Below are positions 18,871 through 29,575 of a stretch of DNA of 64,000 nucleotides, piece after piece; position 1 is the first letter of the stretch; the number at the start of each line of letters is the position of its first letter. The stretch lies in the NCBI GenBank assembly GCA_900538575.1, contig UPZA01000009.1, forward strand, positions 27,804 through 91,803, written 5' to 3'. The stretch comes from an uncultured Ruminococcus sp. GTDB lineage: Bacteria > Bacillota > Clostridia > Oscillospirales > Ruminococcaceae. The notes beneath the pieces were generated by a model that was not told the DNA's origin, searched no databases, and saw only the letters and a program-made list of their open reading frames with translations. Position numbers and translations under genes: made by a program.

Positions 18871-21117
18871 GTGAACAAAATGCCTAAAAAAAGCAAAGAC
18901 GGCTCTGGCAAAATAAAAAGAAATTATCCCGATGCGTTTATTGAAAACGCGGGTATAGTTGTTCAGGAAAAAATAACGGATACTCTTGAAAAAAATTATA
19001 TGCCTTATGCTATGAGCGTCATTGTTTCAAGAGCCCTTCCTGAGATTGACGGCTTTAAGCCTTCACACCGAAAATTGCTTTATACTATGTATAAGCAAGG
19101 ACTGCTGACAGGGAAAAGAACCAAGTCGGCAAATGTAGTTGGTGAAACTATGAAGCTTAATCCTCACGGAGACGGTGCAATTTATGAAACTATGGTTAGG
19201 CTTTCAAGAGGAAATGAAACGCTGCTTCATCCGTATGTTGATTCAAAGGGTAATTTCGGAAAATCATATTCAAGGGATATGGCATATGCCGCGTCAAGAT
19301 ATACCGAAGTAAAGCTTGATCCAATATGCAACGAACTTTTCAGAGATATAGATAAAGATACAGTTGATTTTGTACCTAATTATGATAATTCTACTACCGA
19401 GCCTACATTATTTCCGACTACTTTTCCGACAATACTGGTAAATGCGAACATGGGAATAGCAGTATCAATGGCAAGCAGTGTGTGTCCATTTAATCTGGCT
19501 GAGGTATGTGAAACATGTATAGCGTATATAAAAAATCCTGATCACGATATTATAAGCACTTTAAAAGGCCCGGATTTTCCGGGAGGCGGATTTATGCTTT
19601 ATGATGAAGAGGAAATAAAAGAAATTTTCCGAACGGGGAGAGGCTCTATAAAGCTGCGATCCAAGTATAATTACGATAAATCTGCAAATTGCATTGAAAT
19701 AACCCAGATTCCTTATAGCACTACTATTGAGGCGATAATAGAAAAAATAATTGATTTGATAAAACAGGGGAAAATCAAGGAAATTTCGTATATACGCGAT
19801 GAAACAGATTTGAACGGTCTTAAAATAGCGATAGATTTAAAAAGGGGAGTGGATCCGGAGAAGTTAATGAACAAGCTTTTTAAGCTTACTCCTCTTCAGG
19901 ATAATTATTCATGTAATTTCAATATTCTTATCGGCGGAGTTCCGCGGGTTATGGGAATTAGAGAAATATTAGGAGAATGGGTGGCATTCAGAGAAGAATG
20001 CGTTAAAAGACGGGTTTATTTTGATCTAAATAAAAATAAACAAAAGCTTCATCTTCTTAAAGGTCTTGAAAAAATTTTATTAGATATAGACAAGGCAATA
20101 AAAATTGTAAGAGAAACCGAGGAAGAAAACGAAGTTATTCCAAATTTGATGACGGGATTTGGGATAGATGAAACACAGGCTGAATATGTAGCGGAAATAA
20201 AGCTCCGGCATCTTAATCGCGAGTATATATTAAATCGATTAAAGGAAATAGAGAATCTTGAAAAAGATATAAGTGAAATGGAAGGTATACTTTCTGATAA
20301 GAAAAAGGTCAGAAATATAATTATATCAGAACTTCGAAATGTCGCAAAAAAATACAGCAAACCAAGAAATACTATGTTTTATTATAAAAATGATATAGTC
20401 GAACCAGATTTTGAAGAGGAAACGCCGGATTATCCGGTTAATATATTTTTATCTGAAAGCGGATATCTTAAAAAGATTACTCCTCAATCACTTCGGATGA
20501 GCAATGAACAGAAGCTTAAAGACGGAGATAGAATTATAGCTCATTACGAAGTTACAAACAAAACTGACTTATTATTCTTTACCAATCAATGTCAGGTTTA
20601 TAAAACAAAAGCGTCGGCTTTCGATGATACTAAGGCAAGCGTGTTAGGAGATTATATACCTGTTAAACTTGGTTTTGATGAAAACGAAAGTCTTGTATAT
20701 ATGGCAGTGACCGACAATTATGAAGGGTACATGCTGTTTTTCTTTAAAAACGGAAAAGCGGCGAAAGTATATCTTTCATCTTATGCAACTAAAACAAACC
20801 GAAAAAAACTTGCCAATGCGTATTCAGGAAAGCATGAACTTATTTATATCTGTCAGATCAATGAAGATATTGACGTTATCGCAAAATCATCTTCCGGAAA
20901 AGCTTTGATTTTTAATACATCGCTGTTGAATTCTAAATCTTCTCGTGATACTATCGGAGTACAGGTTATGAATCTGAAGGAAAATGAAATAATGGAAAAT
21001 GCAATAAGTATTAAGGAAGATGATTTGAAGAAATATAAAAAATATATTTCTTTAAAAATACCGGCTTCAGGAATAAGCTCAAAGGATTTAATGAATATAG
21101 ACCAGTTAAAATTATAG
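18871..21117 (+). CDS. parC: Type IIA topoisomerase A subunit (ParC/GyrA family, topo IV-like)
   Basis: Catalytic Tyr in AASRYTE, N-terminal breakage-reunion domain; 748 aa (shorter C-terminal domain than GyrA). Confidence 0.75.
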   Translation: MNKMPKKSKDGSGKIKRNYPDAFIENAGIVVQEKITDTLEKNYMPYAMSVIVSRALPEIDGFKPSHRKLLYTMYKQGLLTGKRTKSANVVGETMKLNPHGDGAIYETMVRLSRGNETLLHPYVDSKGNFGKSYSRDMAYAASRYTEVKLDPICNELFRDIDKDTVDFVPNYDNSTTEPTLFPTTFPTILVNANMGIAVSMASSVCPFNLAEVCETCIAYIKNPDHDIISTLKGPDFPGGGFMLYDEEEIKEIFRTGRGSIKLRSKYNYDKSANCIEITQIPYSTTIEAIIEKIIDLIKQGKIKEISYIRDETDLNGLKIAIDLKRGVDPEKLMNKLFKLTPLQDNYSCNFNILIGGVPRVMGIREILGEWVAFREECVKRRVYFDLNKNKQKLHLLKGLEKILLDIDKAIKIVRETEEENEVIPNLMTGFGIDETQAEYVAEIKLRHLNREYILNRLKEIENLEKDISEMEGILSDKKKVRNIIISELRNVAKKYSKPRNTMFYYKNDIVEPDFEEETPDYPVNIFLSESGYLKKITPQSLRMSNEQKLKDGDRIIAHYEVTNKTDLLFFTNQCQVYKTKASAFDDTKASVLGDYIPVKLGFDENESLVYMAVTDNYEGYMLFFFKNGKAAKVYLSSYATKTNRKKLANAYSGKHELIYICQINEDIDVIAKSSSGKALIFNTSLLNSKSSRDTIGVQVMNLKENEIMENAISIKEDDLKKYKKYISLKIPASGISSKDLMNIDQLKL

Positions 21118-21304
21118 TAAATTTGATAATAATGTATAAAATATCAGATTATATTTATCCTAAATTTGCAGATTTTGTCGTTTTTTCAGTTTGGTATGTA
21201 CTTTTTTCATTGTCTATGTTATAATGAATGTGCTTGTGTTAAATAATAGTAAAATACAAGTAAAAAAATATAAAAGTATAGAGGGCGCTTCTTGGGAGGA
21301 AGTT

Positions 21305-23104
21305 ATGTCAACAACTGAAATAATTCAAATTTGTATTACTACCTTCGGCGGTATTGCCTTGCTTCTTTACGGTATGCATATTCTGGGAGCAGGGTTGGAG
21401 AAAATTTCCGGCGGAAAAATGGAAAAAATATTAGAAAAGCTCACAAATAACATATTTAAGGCTGTTATTTTGGGCGCCTTGGTTACTGCGGTAATTCAAA
21501 GCTCAAGCGCAACGACAGTTATAGTCGTAGGTCTTGTTAATTCCGGTATTTTAAAGCTATCGTCTGCCGTAGGCATCATAATGGGAGCAAATATAGGAAC
21601 TACTATAACCGGACAGATTTTAAGATTAGGAGATCTTGAAAACAACGAATCTCTTGGAACCGCCATGGAATTCCTTACACCGACATACCTTGCTCCATTC
21701 TTAGCTATAATTGGAATATTGATTATTATGATTACTAAGAAGGATAACATAAAATCAATAGGCGATATTTGTCTTGGACTTGGTATTTTATTTACAGGAA
21801 TGCTTTCTCTTACCGATTCCGTTAAACCTCTTTCTGAGCTTGAGGCATTTAGAAGCGTATTTGCAAGCTTGGAAAATCCTGTTCTTGGAATATTGGCAGG
21901 TACAATTATAACGGCTGTAATACAAAGCTCTTCAGCTTCAATCGGTATTTTACAGGCAGTTTCAACTACGGGTTTGCTTAAATTTTCAGCAGCTTTCCCT
22001 ATTATTATGGGACAAAATATCGGTACGTGCTCTACGTCCATAATTTCAAGTATAGGCGCAAGCAAAAACGCAAAACGCGCCGCTATGGTTCATTTTTATT
22101 TCAATCTTATAGGAACCTTGATTTTTCTTGTGTTTATTTATATCTTAAAAGCTGCCGGAATGATTGATGGCTGGAATAATGTTATGGATATGGGTTCGAT
22201 AGCCAACTTTCACACATTTTTTAATGTAGTAGTTACTTTGATCTTTATTCCATTTCATAAGCTGCTTGAAAAGCTCGCTGTTCTGACAATAAGAAATTCA
22301 CCTGAAGAAGATGATGACGATTCTGCAATGGATACGGGTGAAAGTATGCTTGATTCACGTTTTCTCAAGTCTCCGTCGCTCGCTATACAGCATGCAAAAA
22401 ATGCCGTTGCTTATATGGGAAATTTATCAAAAAAGAATTTTCAATTAAGCTGCGAGCTATATGAAAATTTTGATATTAAAGGTATTGAAAAAATTAAAGA
22501 ACGCGAAAGTATTATCGATCGTATAGAAGATAAACTTAATTCTTATCTTGTTTCTATTACAGATTGTGAGCTTAATGCAACTGAAAGTAGGAGCGTTACT
22601 TCCTTAATTCATACAATCACTGACTTTGAAAGAATAGGCGATTATGCATATAATATAATGGAGCGTGCTGAAAATATGCATGATAAAGAACAGGCGCTAT
22701 CAGAAGAAGCTATCAGAGATATGAAGCTTATATCATCTGCGGTAACAGAAATTATAGAAATGGCAGTTATGACTGTCGAATATGACGATTCTGAAACCGC
22801 TATTAAAATCGAGCCTTTAGAAGAAACTATTGATCAGTTGGAATATAAACTTAAAAACAGACATATAGACAGATTAAAAGAAGGAAGCTGTGCTATTGAC
22901 CGCGGAGTTCATTTCCTTGATATTTTATCCGATATGGAAAGAGTAGCAGATCATTGTTCAAATATAGGAGTTCATATACTGACTAAGAATAATCCTAAAG
23001 ACGAACTCAATCACCACGAATATATTCAAAGAATTCATAAGGGAGAATCTAAAGAATATATGGACGCTTTTAATGAATATTCTATAAAATATAATATAAA
23101 TTAA
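21305..23104 (+). CDS. Na/Pi cotransporter family protein with C-terminal PhoU-like domains
   Basis: Duplicated QSSSATT/QSSSASI transporter motifs and two PhoU-like helical repeats at the C-terminus; start set at MSTTE (ATG 21305) with GGGAGGA RBS. Confidence 0.8.
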   Translation: MSTTEIIQICITTFGGIALLLYGMHILGAGLEKISGGKMEKILEKLTNNIFKAVILGALVTAVIQSSSATTVIVVGLVNSGILKLSSAVGIIMGANIGTTITGQILRLGDLENNESLGTAMEFLTPTYLAPFLAIIGILIIMITKKDNIKSIGDICLGLGILFTGMLSLTDSVKPLSELEAFRSVFASLENPVLGILAGTIITAVIQSSSASIGILQAVSTTGLLKFSAAFPIIMGQNIGTCSTSIISSIGASKNAKRAAMVHFYFNLIGTLIFLVFIYILKAAGMIDGWNNVMDMGSIANFHTFFNVVVTLIFIPFHKLLEKLAVLTIRNSPEEDDDDSAMDTGESMLDSRFLKSPSLAIQHAKNAVAYMGNLSKKNFQLSCELYENFDIKGIEKIKERESIIDRIEDKLNSYLVSITDCELNATESRSVTSLIHTITDFERIGDYAYNIMERAENMHDKEQALSEEAIRDMKLISSAVTEIIEMAVMTVEYDDSETAIKIEPLEETIDQLEYKLKNRHIDRLKEGSCAIDRGVHFLDILSDMERVADHCSNIGVHILTKNNPKDELNHHEYIQRIHKGESKEYMDAFNEYSIKYNIN

Positions 23105-23115
23105 AATATAGTAAA

Positions 23116-23158
23116 AAGGAGTAAAACAAGTTGCTTAACTTGACTTACTCCTTTTTAT
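23116..23158 (+). terminator. Terminator of the Na/Pi cotransporter gene
   Basis: GGAGTAA...[inner CAAGTT-gctt-AACTTG]...TTACTCC followed by TTTTT. Confidence 0.6.
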
Positions 23159-23159
23159 A

Positions 23160-23223
23160 ATAAATAAAGAAATTCCCCTTTTGTTTAACGAAGCTTATTA
23201 AACCGCATTATGGCAAAAGGGGG
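23160..23223 (-). terminator. Putative clpB terminator
   Basis: CCCCTTTTG / CAAAAGGGG 9-bp stem with a large loop, U-rich tail on the minus strand; lies just past the clpB stop. Confidence 0.4.
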
Positions 23224-23233
23224 ATATATGATT

Positions 23234-25831
23234 TTATTTAATAATAAGATTATTTCCGTCAAAATCAAGTATTATGGTTGATTCTGGAGAAACATCGTCG
23301 GCAATAATTTTTTTGGCAATCAAAGTTTCAGCTTTTCTTTGTAAAAATCTTCTGAGAGGTCGCGCACCGTAATTCGGATCATAGCCTTGTTCGATAATAT
23401 AATTCTTAGCCTTATCTGTTACTTCAATATTAAGCTGTTTGTCTTTTAAGCGTTCTCTTAAATCATTAATCATGAGATCAACAATACTATAAATCTCATG
23501 CTTTGTAAGAGGCTTGTAAAATACAATTTCGTCAAGACGGTTTAAAAATTCCGGTCTGAATTGCTGTTTTAATAATGAATCAACCTTTGATCTTGCGTCT
23601 TGACTAATTTCTCCACTTTCATTAATACCGTCAAGAATATACGGCGATCCTAAGTTTGAAGTCAAAATAATTATAGTATTCTTAAAATCAACAGTTCTTC
23701 CCTGAGAGTCGGTAATACGTCCGTCATCTAAAACCTGAAGCAAAATATTGAAAACATCAGGATGCGCTTTCTCTACCTCGTCAAGTAGAATGACTGAATA
23801 AGGTTTTCTTCTTACAGCTTCTGTCAACTGACCTCCCTCTTCATAACCGACATATCCCGGAGGAGCTCCTATAAGGCGACTTACACTGAATTTTTCCATG
23901 TATTCGCTCATATCAATACGAACGATATTATGTTCATCGTCAAATAACGATTCAGCAAGAGCTTTAGCAAGTTCAGTTTTACCAACTCCGGTAGGACCAA
24001 GAAAGAGAAAAGAACCAATAGGTCTGTTTGGATCCTGTATACCTGCTCTTGAACGAATAATTGCTTCGCTTACTTTTTTAACGGCTTCATCCTGACCGAT
24101 AACACGTTTATGAAGTACATCTTCTAAATGCAAAAGCTTATCGCGTTCACCCTCCATTAGCTTTGATACCGGTATACCTGTCCATCTGCAAATAATTCTC
24201 GCTATTTCTTCATCAGTAACCTTATCCCTTAAAAGAGAATCTCCAGTTTTGGCCTTTTCTGCGATTTTTTCTTCTTCCTCCAGCTCCCTTTGTAATTGCG
24301 GGAGTTTTCCGTATTTTAATTCCGCTGCTTTATTAAGGTCATATTCGCGCTCTGCTTTTGAAATATCTGCATTTATTTTTTCAATGTCTTCTCTGAGCTT
24401 TTGTACCTTTGTAATAGCAGATTTTTCATTTTCCCACTTTGCTTTCATCTCGTTAAATTTACCGCGCATTTCTGCAAGTTCCTTTTGCACTTCTTTTAAG
24501 TGTTCGGCTGAAATTTTATCGTTTTCTTTTTTAAGAGCCGCTTCTTCTATTTCATGCTGTATAATTTTTCTTGAAATTTCATCAAGCTCTGTCGGCATCG
24601 AGTCTATTTCTGTCCTAATCATTGCACATGCCTCGTCTACGAGATCAATCGCCTTGTCCGGAAGAAATCTATCGCTGATATATCTGTCGGAAAGAGCAGC
24701 TGCAGCAATTAACGCCTGATCGTGAATCTTAACTCCATGGAAAACCTCATAACGTTCCTTTAAGCCTCTTAATATAGATATAGTATCTTCTACGGTAGGT
24801 TCGTTTACCATAACCGGTTGAAAACGTCTTTCAAGAGCAGCGTCCTTTTCGATATATTGTCTATATTCGTTAAGAGTCGTTGCGCCTATACAATGCAATT
24901 CTCCTCTTGCCAGCATAGGCTTCAGAAGATTACCGGCATCCATTGCGCCATCTGTTTTCCCCGCTCCTACTATTGTATGAAGCTCATCAATAAAAAGAAT
25001 TATTCTGCCTTCACTTTTTTTTATCTCTGATAAAACGGCTTTTAATCTTTCCTCAAACTCTCCTCTGTATTTAGCGCCTGCAACAAGCGCTCCTAAATCC
25101 AGTGAAAAAATTTTTCTATCCTTAAGACTATCGGGAACATCGCCCGCTACAATTCTCAGAGCGAGCCCTTCTGCTATTGCAGTTTTACCAACCCCCGGTT
25201 CACCGATTAAAACAGGATTATTTTTAGTTTTTCTGGATAAAATCCTTATTACATTTCTGATCTCACTATCACGTCCAATTACAGGATCAAGCTTATTATT
25301 TCTTGCAAGCTCCACCAGCTCCTGACCGTATTTAGCAAGTACATCATATGTTTCCTCAGGATTTTGATTTGTAACCTTTGCATTTCCTCTAACTTCCATC
25401 AAAGCCTTTAAAAATTTATCTTTATTAATAGAAAATGCTCTGAATGTTTCTTTAAGCTTAGATGTAGGATTTTCAAGCAGCGATAAAAATATGTGTTCCA
25501 CTGAAACATATTCATCTTTCATACTTTTAGCTTGCTTTTCAGAATCGACAAGTATTCTGTCTGCTTCATTGGATATATACACAGCGCCGTTTTGACGTCC
25601 TGATCCCGTAACCTTAGGCAAAGATGATATAATCTGAATAACAGCTCCTATGAGCGCTTGAACATCAGTATTCATCTTCTGTATAAGCTGACCGATTAGA
25701 CCATTTTCCTGACTAAGCAGAGCATATGTTAGATGTTCCGGTTCAATGGCATTATTCTGATATTCTGTTGCAGTATCCTGAGCATATTGAAGGGCTTCAA
25801 GAGACTTTTGAGTAAATTTTTGAACATTCAT
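23234..25831 (-). CDS. clpB: ATP-dependent chaperone ClpB (disaggregase)
   Basis: Clp N-domain, two AAA+ modules ([18 protein letters not shown] Walker A), long coiled-coil M-domain between them; 865 aa. Confidence 0.9.
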   Translation of the reverse strand: MNVQKFTQKSLEALQYAQDTATEYQNNAIEPEHLTYALLSQENGLIGQLIQKMNTDVQALIGAVIQIISSLPKVTGSGRQNGAVYISNEADRILVDSEKQAKSMKDEYVSVEHIFLSLLENPTSKLKETFRAFSINKDKFLKALMEVRGNAKVTNQNPEETYDVLAKYGQELVELARNNKLDPVIGRDSEIRNVIRILSRKTKNNPVLIGEPGVGKTAIAEGLALRIVAGDVPDSLKDRKIFSLDLGALVAGAKYRGEFEERLKAVLSEIKKSEGRIILFIDELHTIVGAGKTDGAMDAGNLLKPMLARGELHCIGATTLNEYRQYIEKDAALERRFQPVMVNEPTVEDTISILRGLKERYEVFHGVKIHDQALIAAAALSDRYISDRFLPDKAIDLVDEACAMIRTEIDSMPTELDEISRKIIQHEIEEAALKKENDKISAEHLKEVQKELAEMRGKFNEMKAKWENEKSAITKVQKLREDIEKINADISKAEREYDLNKAAELKYGKLPQLQRELEEEEKIAEKAKTGDSLLRDKVTDEEIARIICRWTGIPVSKLMEGERDKLLHLEDVLHKRVIGQDEAVKKVSEAIIRSRAGIQDPNRPIGSFLFLGPTGVGKTELAKALAESLFDDEHNIVRIDMSEYMEKFSVSRLIGAPPGYVGYEEGGQLTEAVRRKPYSVILLDEVEKAHPDVFNILLQVLDDGRITDSQGRTVDFKNTIIILTSNLGSPYILDGINESGEISQDARSKVDSLLKQQFRPEFLNRLDEIVFYKPLTKHEIYSIVDLMINDLRERLKDKQLNIEVTDKAKNYIIEQGYDPNYGARPLRRFLQRKAETLIAKKIIADDVSPESTIILDFDGNNLIIK

Positions 25832-25843
25832 AAAAATACCTCC

Positions 25844-26506
25844 TTAAATAATAATTAAACCTATTTTAATATTATCTAAAAACATTTTTTCCATTTTTTC
25901 AATTGTTGATTCAGGATCTTCTATATTTGCAAAATAAAGTTTTATTTCTGAATCAAGCAATCTTATATAATCGCCTATGGCTTTTCCAAGGACTTCCGGA
26001 TTTTTATGTTTAACAGGTTCCGATATTTTAAGACTACGTATAAACTTTCCTTCTTTATAAGCATATTCCACACCCTCCGGAAAATATTTATTTATATGTT
26101 TTTTCTCGAGACTATACCACAAATTAAAGAAATGGCCAAGAAAATTGATCAGATCAGAATTCTGAGTTCGGAACGAAACGCAAAGATAACCGAATACATC
26201 GTTTTTAATTTCTTTTAGAAGTTCGATACGGTATCTTATGGTTGGCTTATACTTGTAACGCAGTGGGCTTTTTATAAAAAGCATAGCATTTGACGATTGT
26301 CCTTGAATCTGAAAATGATTATCCATAATTGTTCTCATACAGTCGAAAACATCTTTAATAAGACTTTCAGGAGTCTTAAACGATACATGTTCTGCGAGTA
26401 TTTGATTAATCAGATTTGAACGGCTTGTATTTAATTTATATGCCATATCATCAATAGCTTTGACTACGTCGTCCATAAGTACAAGACTATAAACGCTTTT
26501 TTTCAT
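25844..26506 (-). CDS. Hypothetical protein with RHH-like (ribbon-helix-helix) N-terminus, co-transcribed with clpB
   Basis: N-term MKKSVYSLVLMDDVVKAIDDMAYKLNTSRSNLINQILAEHV fits a beta-strand/helix/helix DNA-binding module; 12-nt gap to clpB; strong RBS AAAGGAGGGAG. Confidence 0.5.
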   Translation of the reverse strand: MKKSVYSLVLMDDVVKAIDDMAYKLNTSRSNLINQILAEHVSFKTPESLIKDVFDCMRTIMDNHFQIQGQSSNAMLFIKSPLRYKYKPTIRYRIELLKEIKNDVFGYLCVSFRTQNSDLINFLGHFFNLWYSLEKKHINKYFPEGVEYAYKEGKFIRSLKISEPVKHKNPEVLGKAIGDYIRLLDSEIKLYFANIEDPESTIEKMEKMFLDNIKIGLIII

Positions 26507-26527
26507 TTTCTCCCTCCTTTTATTACA

Positions 26528-26556
26528 ATTATAGCATTAGTTTCATAACTTGTCAA
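26528..26556 (-). promoter_or_regulatory. Predicted consensus sigmaA promoter of the RHH-clpB operon
   Basis: Minus strand TTGACA (plus 26551-26556), 17-nt spacer, TGcTATAAT (plus 26528-26533); about 15-nt leader. Confidence 0.5.
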
Positions 26557-26599
26557 GCATTTTATATAATTTATCGTTCAAATTATTATTTTGTACAGA

Positions 26600-26638
26600 T
26601 GAAAAAAAAACCGCACTAAAAAGTGCGGTAAAAATTTA
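26600..26638 (-). terminator. Terminator of the prs-like gene
   Basis: CCGCACT-aaaa-AGTGCGG hairpin flanked by A9 on the plus strand (U9 on the minus transcript), immediately after the stop. Confidence 0.6.
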
Positions 26639-27778
26639 TACTTGAGACGCAAGCAGAGTTTTAATTTTTTCATGAGGATCAATAACAGTACTTATGGAAA
26701 CATCATGATTTATTGATGCAATAAAATATGCAATATATTTAGAAACATCAACCTCATGAAACCACGGACGTTTTAAAAGCTCAGGTGATCTATATGTTAA
26801 ATTGGTTCCGAAAACTCCTGAAATATAACCGTCTTCATAAGCCTTGTCAAATTTTTCAAAACCGTTAGTGAAAAGTCCGTAAGTACCATAAGCAAAAAAT
26901 CTCCTTGCTTTTTTTGCTTTTAAAGCATAAGCAATATCCAAAACGGATTCTCCGGAAGAAATTATATCGTCTGCTACGAAAACATCTTTTCCTTCCATAG
27001 AATTACCCAAGTATTCATGAGCGACTATAGGATTCCTGCCGTCAACAATTTTAGAATAATCACGTCTCTTATAAAACATACCCATATCTACGCCTAAAAC
27101 AGAAGCATAATACATATTTCTATTGAGCGCTCCTTCATCAGGACTTACAACCATAAATTCGTCTTTATTAATTACAAGATCCTTGACATTTTTTAATAAC
27201 GCTTTCAAAACCTGATATGATGGGATTACATTATCGAATCCCATTAATGGAATCGCATTATGTACTCTTGGATCATGAGCGTCGAATGTTACTATATTTG
27301 ATACTCCCATAGACTGAAGCTCCTGAAGAGCGCAAGCACAGTCAAGAGACTCGCGGTAACTTCTCTTATGCTGACGTCCGCCGTATAGGATAGGCATAAT
27401 AACGTTGATTCTGTGCGCTTTGCCGGAAATAGCCTGAATTATTCTTTTAAGATCCTGATAATGGTCGTCAGGAGACATATAATTTTCTCTGCCGAACATT
27501 TGATAAGTGCAACTGTAATTGCCTACGTCTACTACAATAAAAATATCCTTACCTCTAACGGTAGATTCGATTAGTCCCTTTCCGTCTCCTGAGGCAAATC
27601 TCGGGCATTGGTTTTTAATGAGAAGAGTATCAATATCATATCCTCCTTTTTGAGCCCATGAAACAAGATATCTGTCAATCATCTTTCCAAGCTCAGCAGC
27701 GCCCTCAAGAGCAATTATTCCAAGAGGAGCTACACTTGTCTGTGAATTAAATAAAACTTCGCTTGCTTTTGCAGTCAT
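26636..27778 (-). CDS. prs: Ribose-phosphate diphosphokinase (PRPP synthetase) family protein, long form
   Basis: PRPP-binding loop VFVADDIISSGESVLDI, N-terminal Prs fold with RGKDIFIV; 380 aa. Confidence 0.6.
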   Translation of the reverse strand: MTAKASEVLFNSQTSVAPLGIIALEGAAELGKMIDRYLVSWAQKGGYDIDTLLIKNQCPRFASGDGKGLIESTVRGKDIFIVVDVGNYSCTYQMFGRENYMSPDDHYQDLKRIIQAISGKAHRINVIMPILYGGRQHKRSYRESLDCACALQELQSMGVSNIVTFDAHDPRVHNAIPLMGFDNVIPSYQVLKALLKNVKDLVINKDEFMVVSPDEGALNRNMYYASVLGVDMGMFYKRRDYSKIVDGRNPIVAHEYLGNSMEGKDVFVADDIISSGESVLDIAYALKAKKARRFFAYGTYGLFTNGFEKFDKAYEDGYISGVFGTNLTYRSPELLKRPWFHEVDVSKYIAYFIASINHDVSISTVIDPHEKIKTLLASQV

Positions 27779-27803
27779 TAGCTTTTACCTTTTCCTTCCA
27801 TTT

Positions 27804-28352
27804 TTATTTACAGAACTTATTAATATAATGTTCAATATCATTAGCAATAATATCCCTTGCACTTTCTGCATTTTCGATTTCGTCAACAGCAGTCGTTTTA
27901 TTTTCAAGCTCTTTATAAACCTTGAAAAAATGAATCATTTCATCAAAGATATGCTTAGGTAGCTCGTCTATATCCCTATAGGTATTATAATTGGGGTCAT
28001 CGAAAGGGATAGCTATAATTTTATCGTCGTGACGTCCGCTGTCTATCATTCTGATAACGCCAATAGGATAACATCTTACAAGCGTCATTGGATAAAGAGT
28101 TTCTGAACATAATACAAGAACATCTAAAGGGTCTCCATCGTCAGCGTATGTTCTTGGAATAAGTCCGTAATTCGCAGGGTAGTGGGTAGAAGTATAAAGT
28201 ATTCTGTCAAGCTTGATAAGACCTGTTTCCTTATCAAGTTCATATTTAATTTTGCTTCCTTTTGGAATTTCAATTACAGCAACAAAATCTTCCCGGCTGA
28301 TTCGCTTAGGACTGATATTATGCCATATATTCAATTTTTTAACTCCTTTCAA
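27804..28352 (-). CDS. ppa: Inorganic pyrophosphatase (family I)
   Basis: [19 protein letters not shown] and [10 protein letters not shown] signature motifs. Confidence 0.85.
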   Translation of the reverse strand: MKGVKKLNIWHNISPKRISREDFVAVIEIPKGSKIKYELDKETGLIKLDRILYTSTHYPANYGLIPRTYADDGDPLDVLVLCSETLYPMTLVRCYPIGVIRMIDSGRHDDKIIAIPFDDPNYNTYRDIDELPKHIFDEMIHFFKVYKELENKTTAVDEIENAESARDIIANDIEHYINKFCK

Positions 28353-28542
28353 TATAAAAAATCCAATAAAACCTTTAAACTACATTAATAAGTATATAAT
28401 CTTTTTGATAGTTTGTCAATGTGCTTTGTGATTTTTAGCACAAACATATAAATAAACAAAATCTGAAAGGAATTTTTTCATTTTATTGTAAATATTTTCT
28501 CTTTTAGTATTATCTAAATTCGTTTAAAATTATTTTTTAGAA

Positions 28543-28571
28543 TTGAAATTTACAGAAAAAGATGATATAAT
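28543..28571 (+). promoter_or_regulatory. Predicted promoter of the moxR operon (TTGAAA-17-TGaTATAAT)
   Basis: TTGAAA 28543-28548; TATAAT 28566-28571 with TG at 28563-28564. Confidence 0.45.
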
Positions 28572-28601
28572 AAATATATTATATAAAGAGGGGAACAAAA
28601 A

Positions 28602-29567
28602 ATGGAAAGAATTAATGATAGTATTTCGTCAAAAAAAATAAATATGATTGTAAGCGAAATAAAAAAAGCGGTAATAGGGAAAGATGAAACAATTATTAAA
28701 GTATTGCTCGCTATTTTGGCTAAAGGACATATACTTATAGAGGACATACCTGGAGTAGGCAAAACTACAATGGCGCTCGCATTTTCAAAAGCTATGTCGT
28801 TAGATTATAACAGAATGCAGTTTACACCGGATGTTCTTCCGACTGATATAACTGGATTTTCAATATATAATAAATCAACCGGAAATTTTGAATATAAACC
28901 TGGTGTCGCAGTCTGCAACTTGTTTTTAGCTGATGAAATAAACCGCACCTCAAGTAAAACTCAGTCGGCTCTTCTTGAAATAATGGAAGAGGGGAATATA
29001 ACTGTTGACGGAAAAAGCTATCGTTTACCTCAGCCATATACGGTGATCGCAACTCAGAATCCAATAGGTTCAATAGGTACGCAAATGCTTCCGGAATCTC
29101 AGCTTGACCGATTTATGATAAAATTAAACATGGGTTATCCGGATGTAAAAAGTGAGATTAAAATACTAAAATCTAAATTAGGGGACTATGGAAAAGGCGT
29201 TTTTGAAGTTAAAACTGTGGTAACTTTGAATGAATTAAGGACTCTTCAGAAATTGGTCGAAAACGTATATATAAACGACAGTATATTTGCTTATATAGCT
29301 TATCTTGCAGACGCAACCAGAAAGCATCCGATGATAAGTCTTGGTCTTAGTCCCAGGGGAGCTATTAGTCTTGCATCAATGTCAAAGGCATCTGCGCTTT
29401 TATGCGGACGAGACTATGTTATACCTGATGATGTTGCGTTTGTATTTAATGAAGTTGCTCAGCATCGTATAATATTGGAAAGAAAAGCTTCATTAAGCGA
29501 ATTGAATGAATCAGCAGTTTTAAATGAGATTTTGAGGAATGTATCTGTTCCTAAAATAACAGTCTGA
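28602..29567 (+). CDS. MoxR-family AAA+ ATPase
   Basis: Walker A DIPGVGKTTMA, Walker B LFLADEINR, MoxR-type C-terminal helical domain. Confidence 0.85.
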   Translation: MERINDSISSKKINMIVSEIKKAVIGKDETIIKVLLAILAKGHILIEDIPGVGKTTMALAFSKAMSLDYNRMQFTPDVLPTDITGFSIYNKSTGNFEYKPGVAVCNLFLADEINRTSSKTQSALLEIMEEGNITVDGKSYRLPQPYTVIATQNPIGSIGTQMLPESQLDRFMIKLNMGYPDVKSEIKILKSKLGDYGKGVFEVKTVVTLNELRTLQKLVENVYINDSIFAYIAYLADATRKHPMISLGLSPRGAISLASMSKASALLCGRDYVIPDDVAFVFNEVAQHRIILERKASLSELNESAVLNEILRNVSVPKITV

Positions 29568-29575
29568 GGTTTATT

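Noticed and set aside
26507-26640. CtsR operator (GGTCAAA direct repeat) or CIRCE (TTAGCACTC-N9-GAGTGCTAA) upstream of the clpB operon
   Set aside because: Neither motif is present in the promoter region. The TTAGCAC at 28434-28440 upstream of moxR is a half-site only, without a partner.
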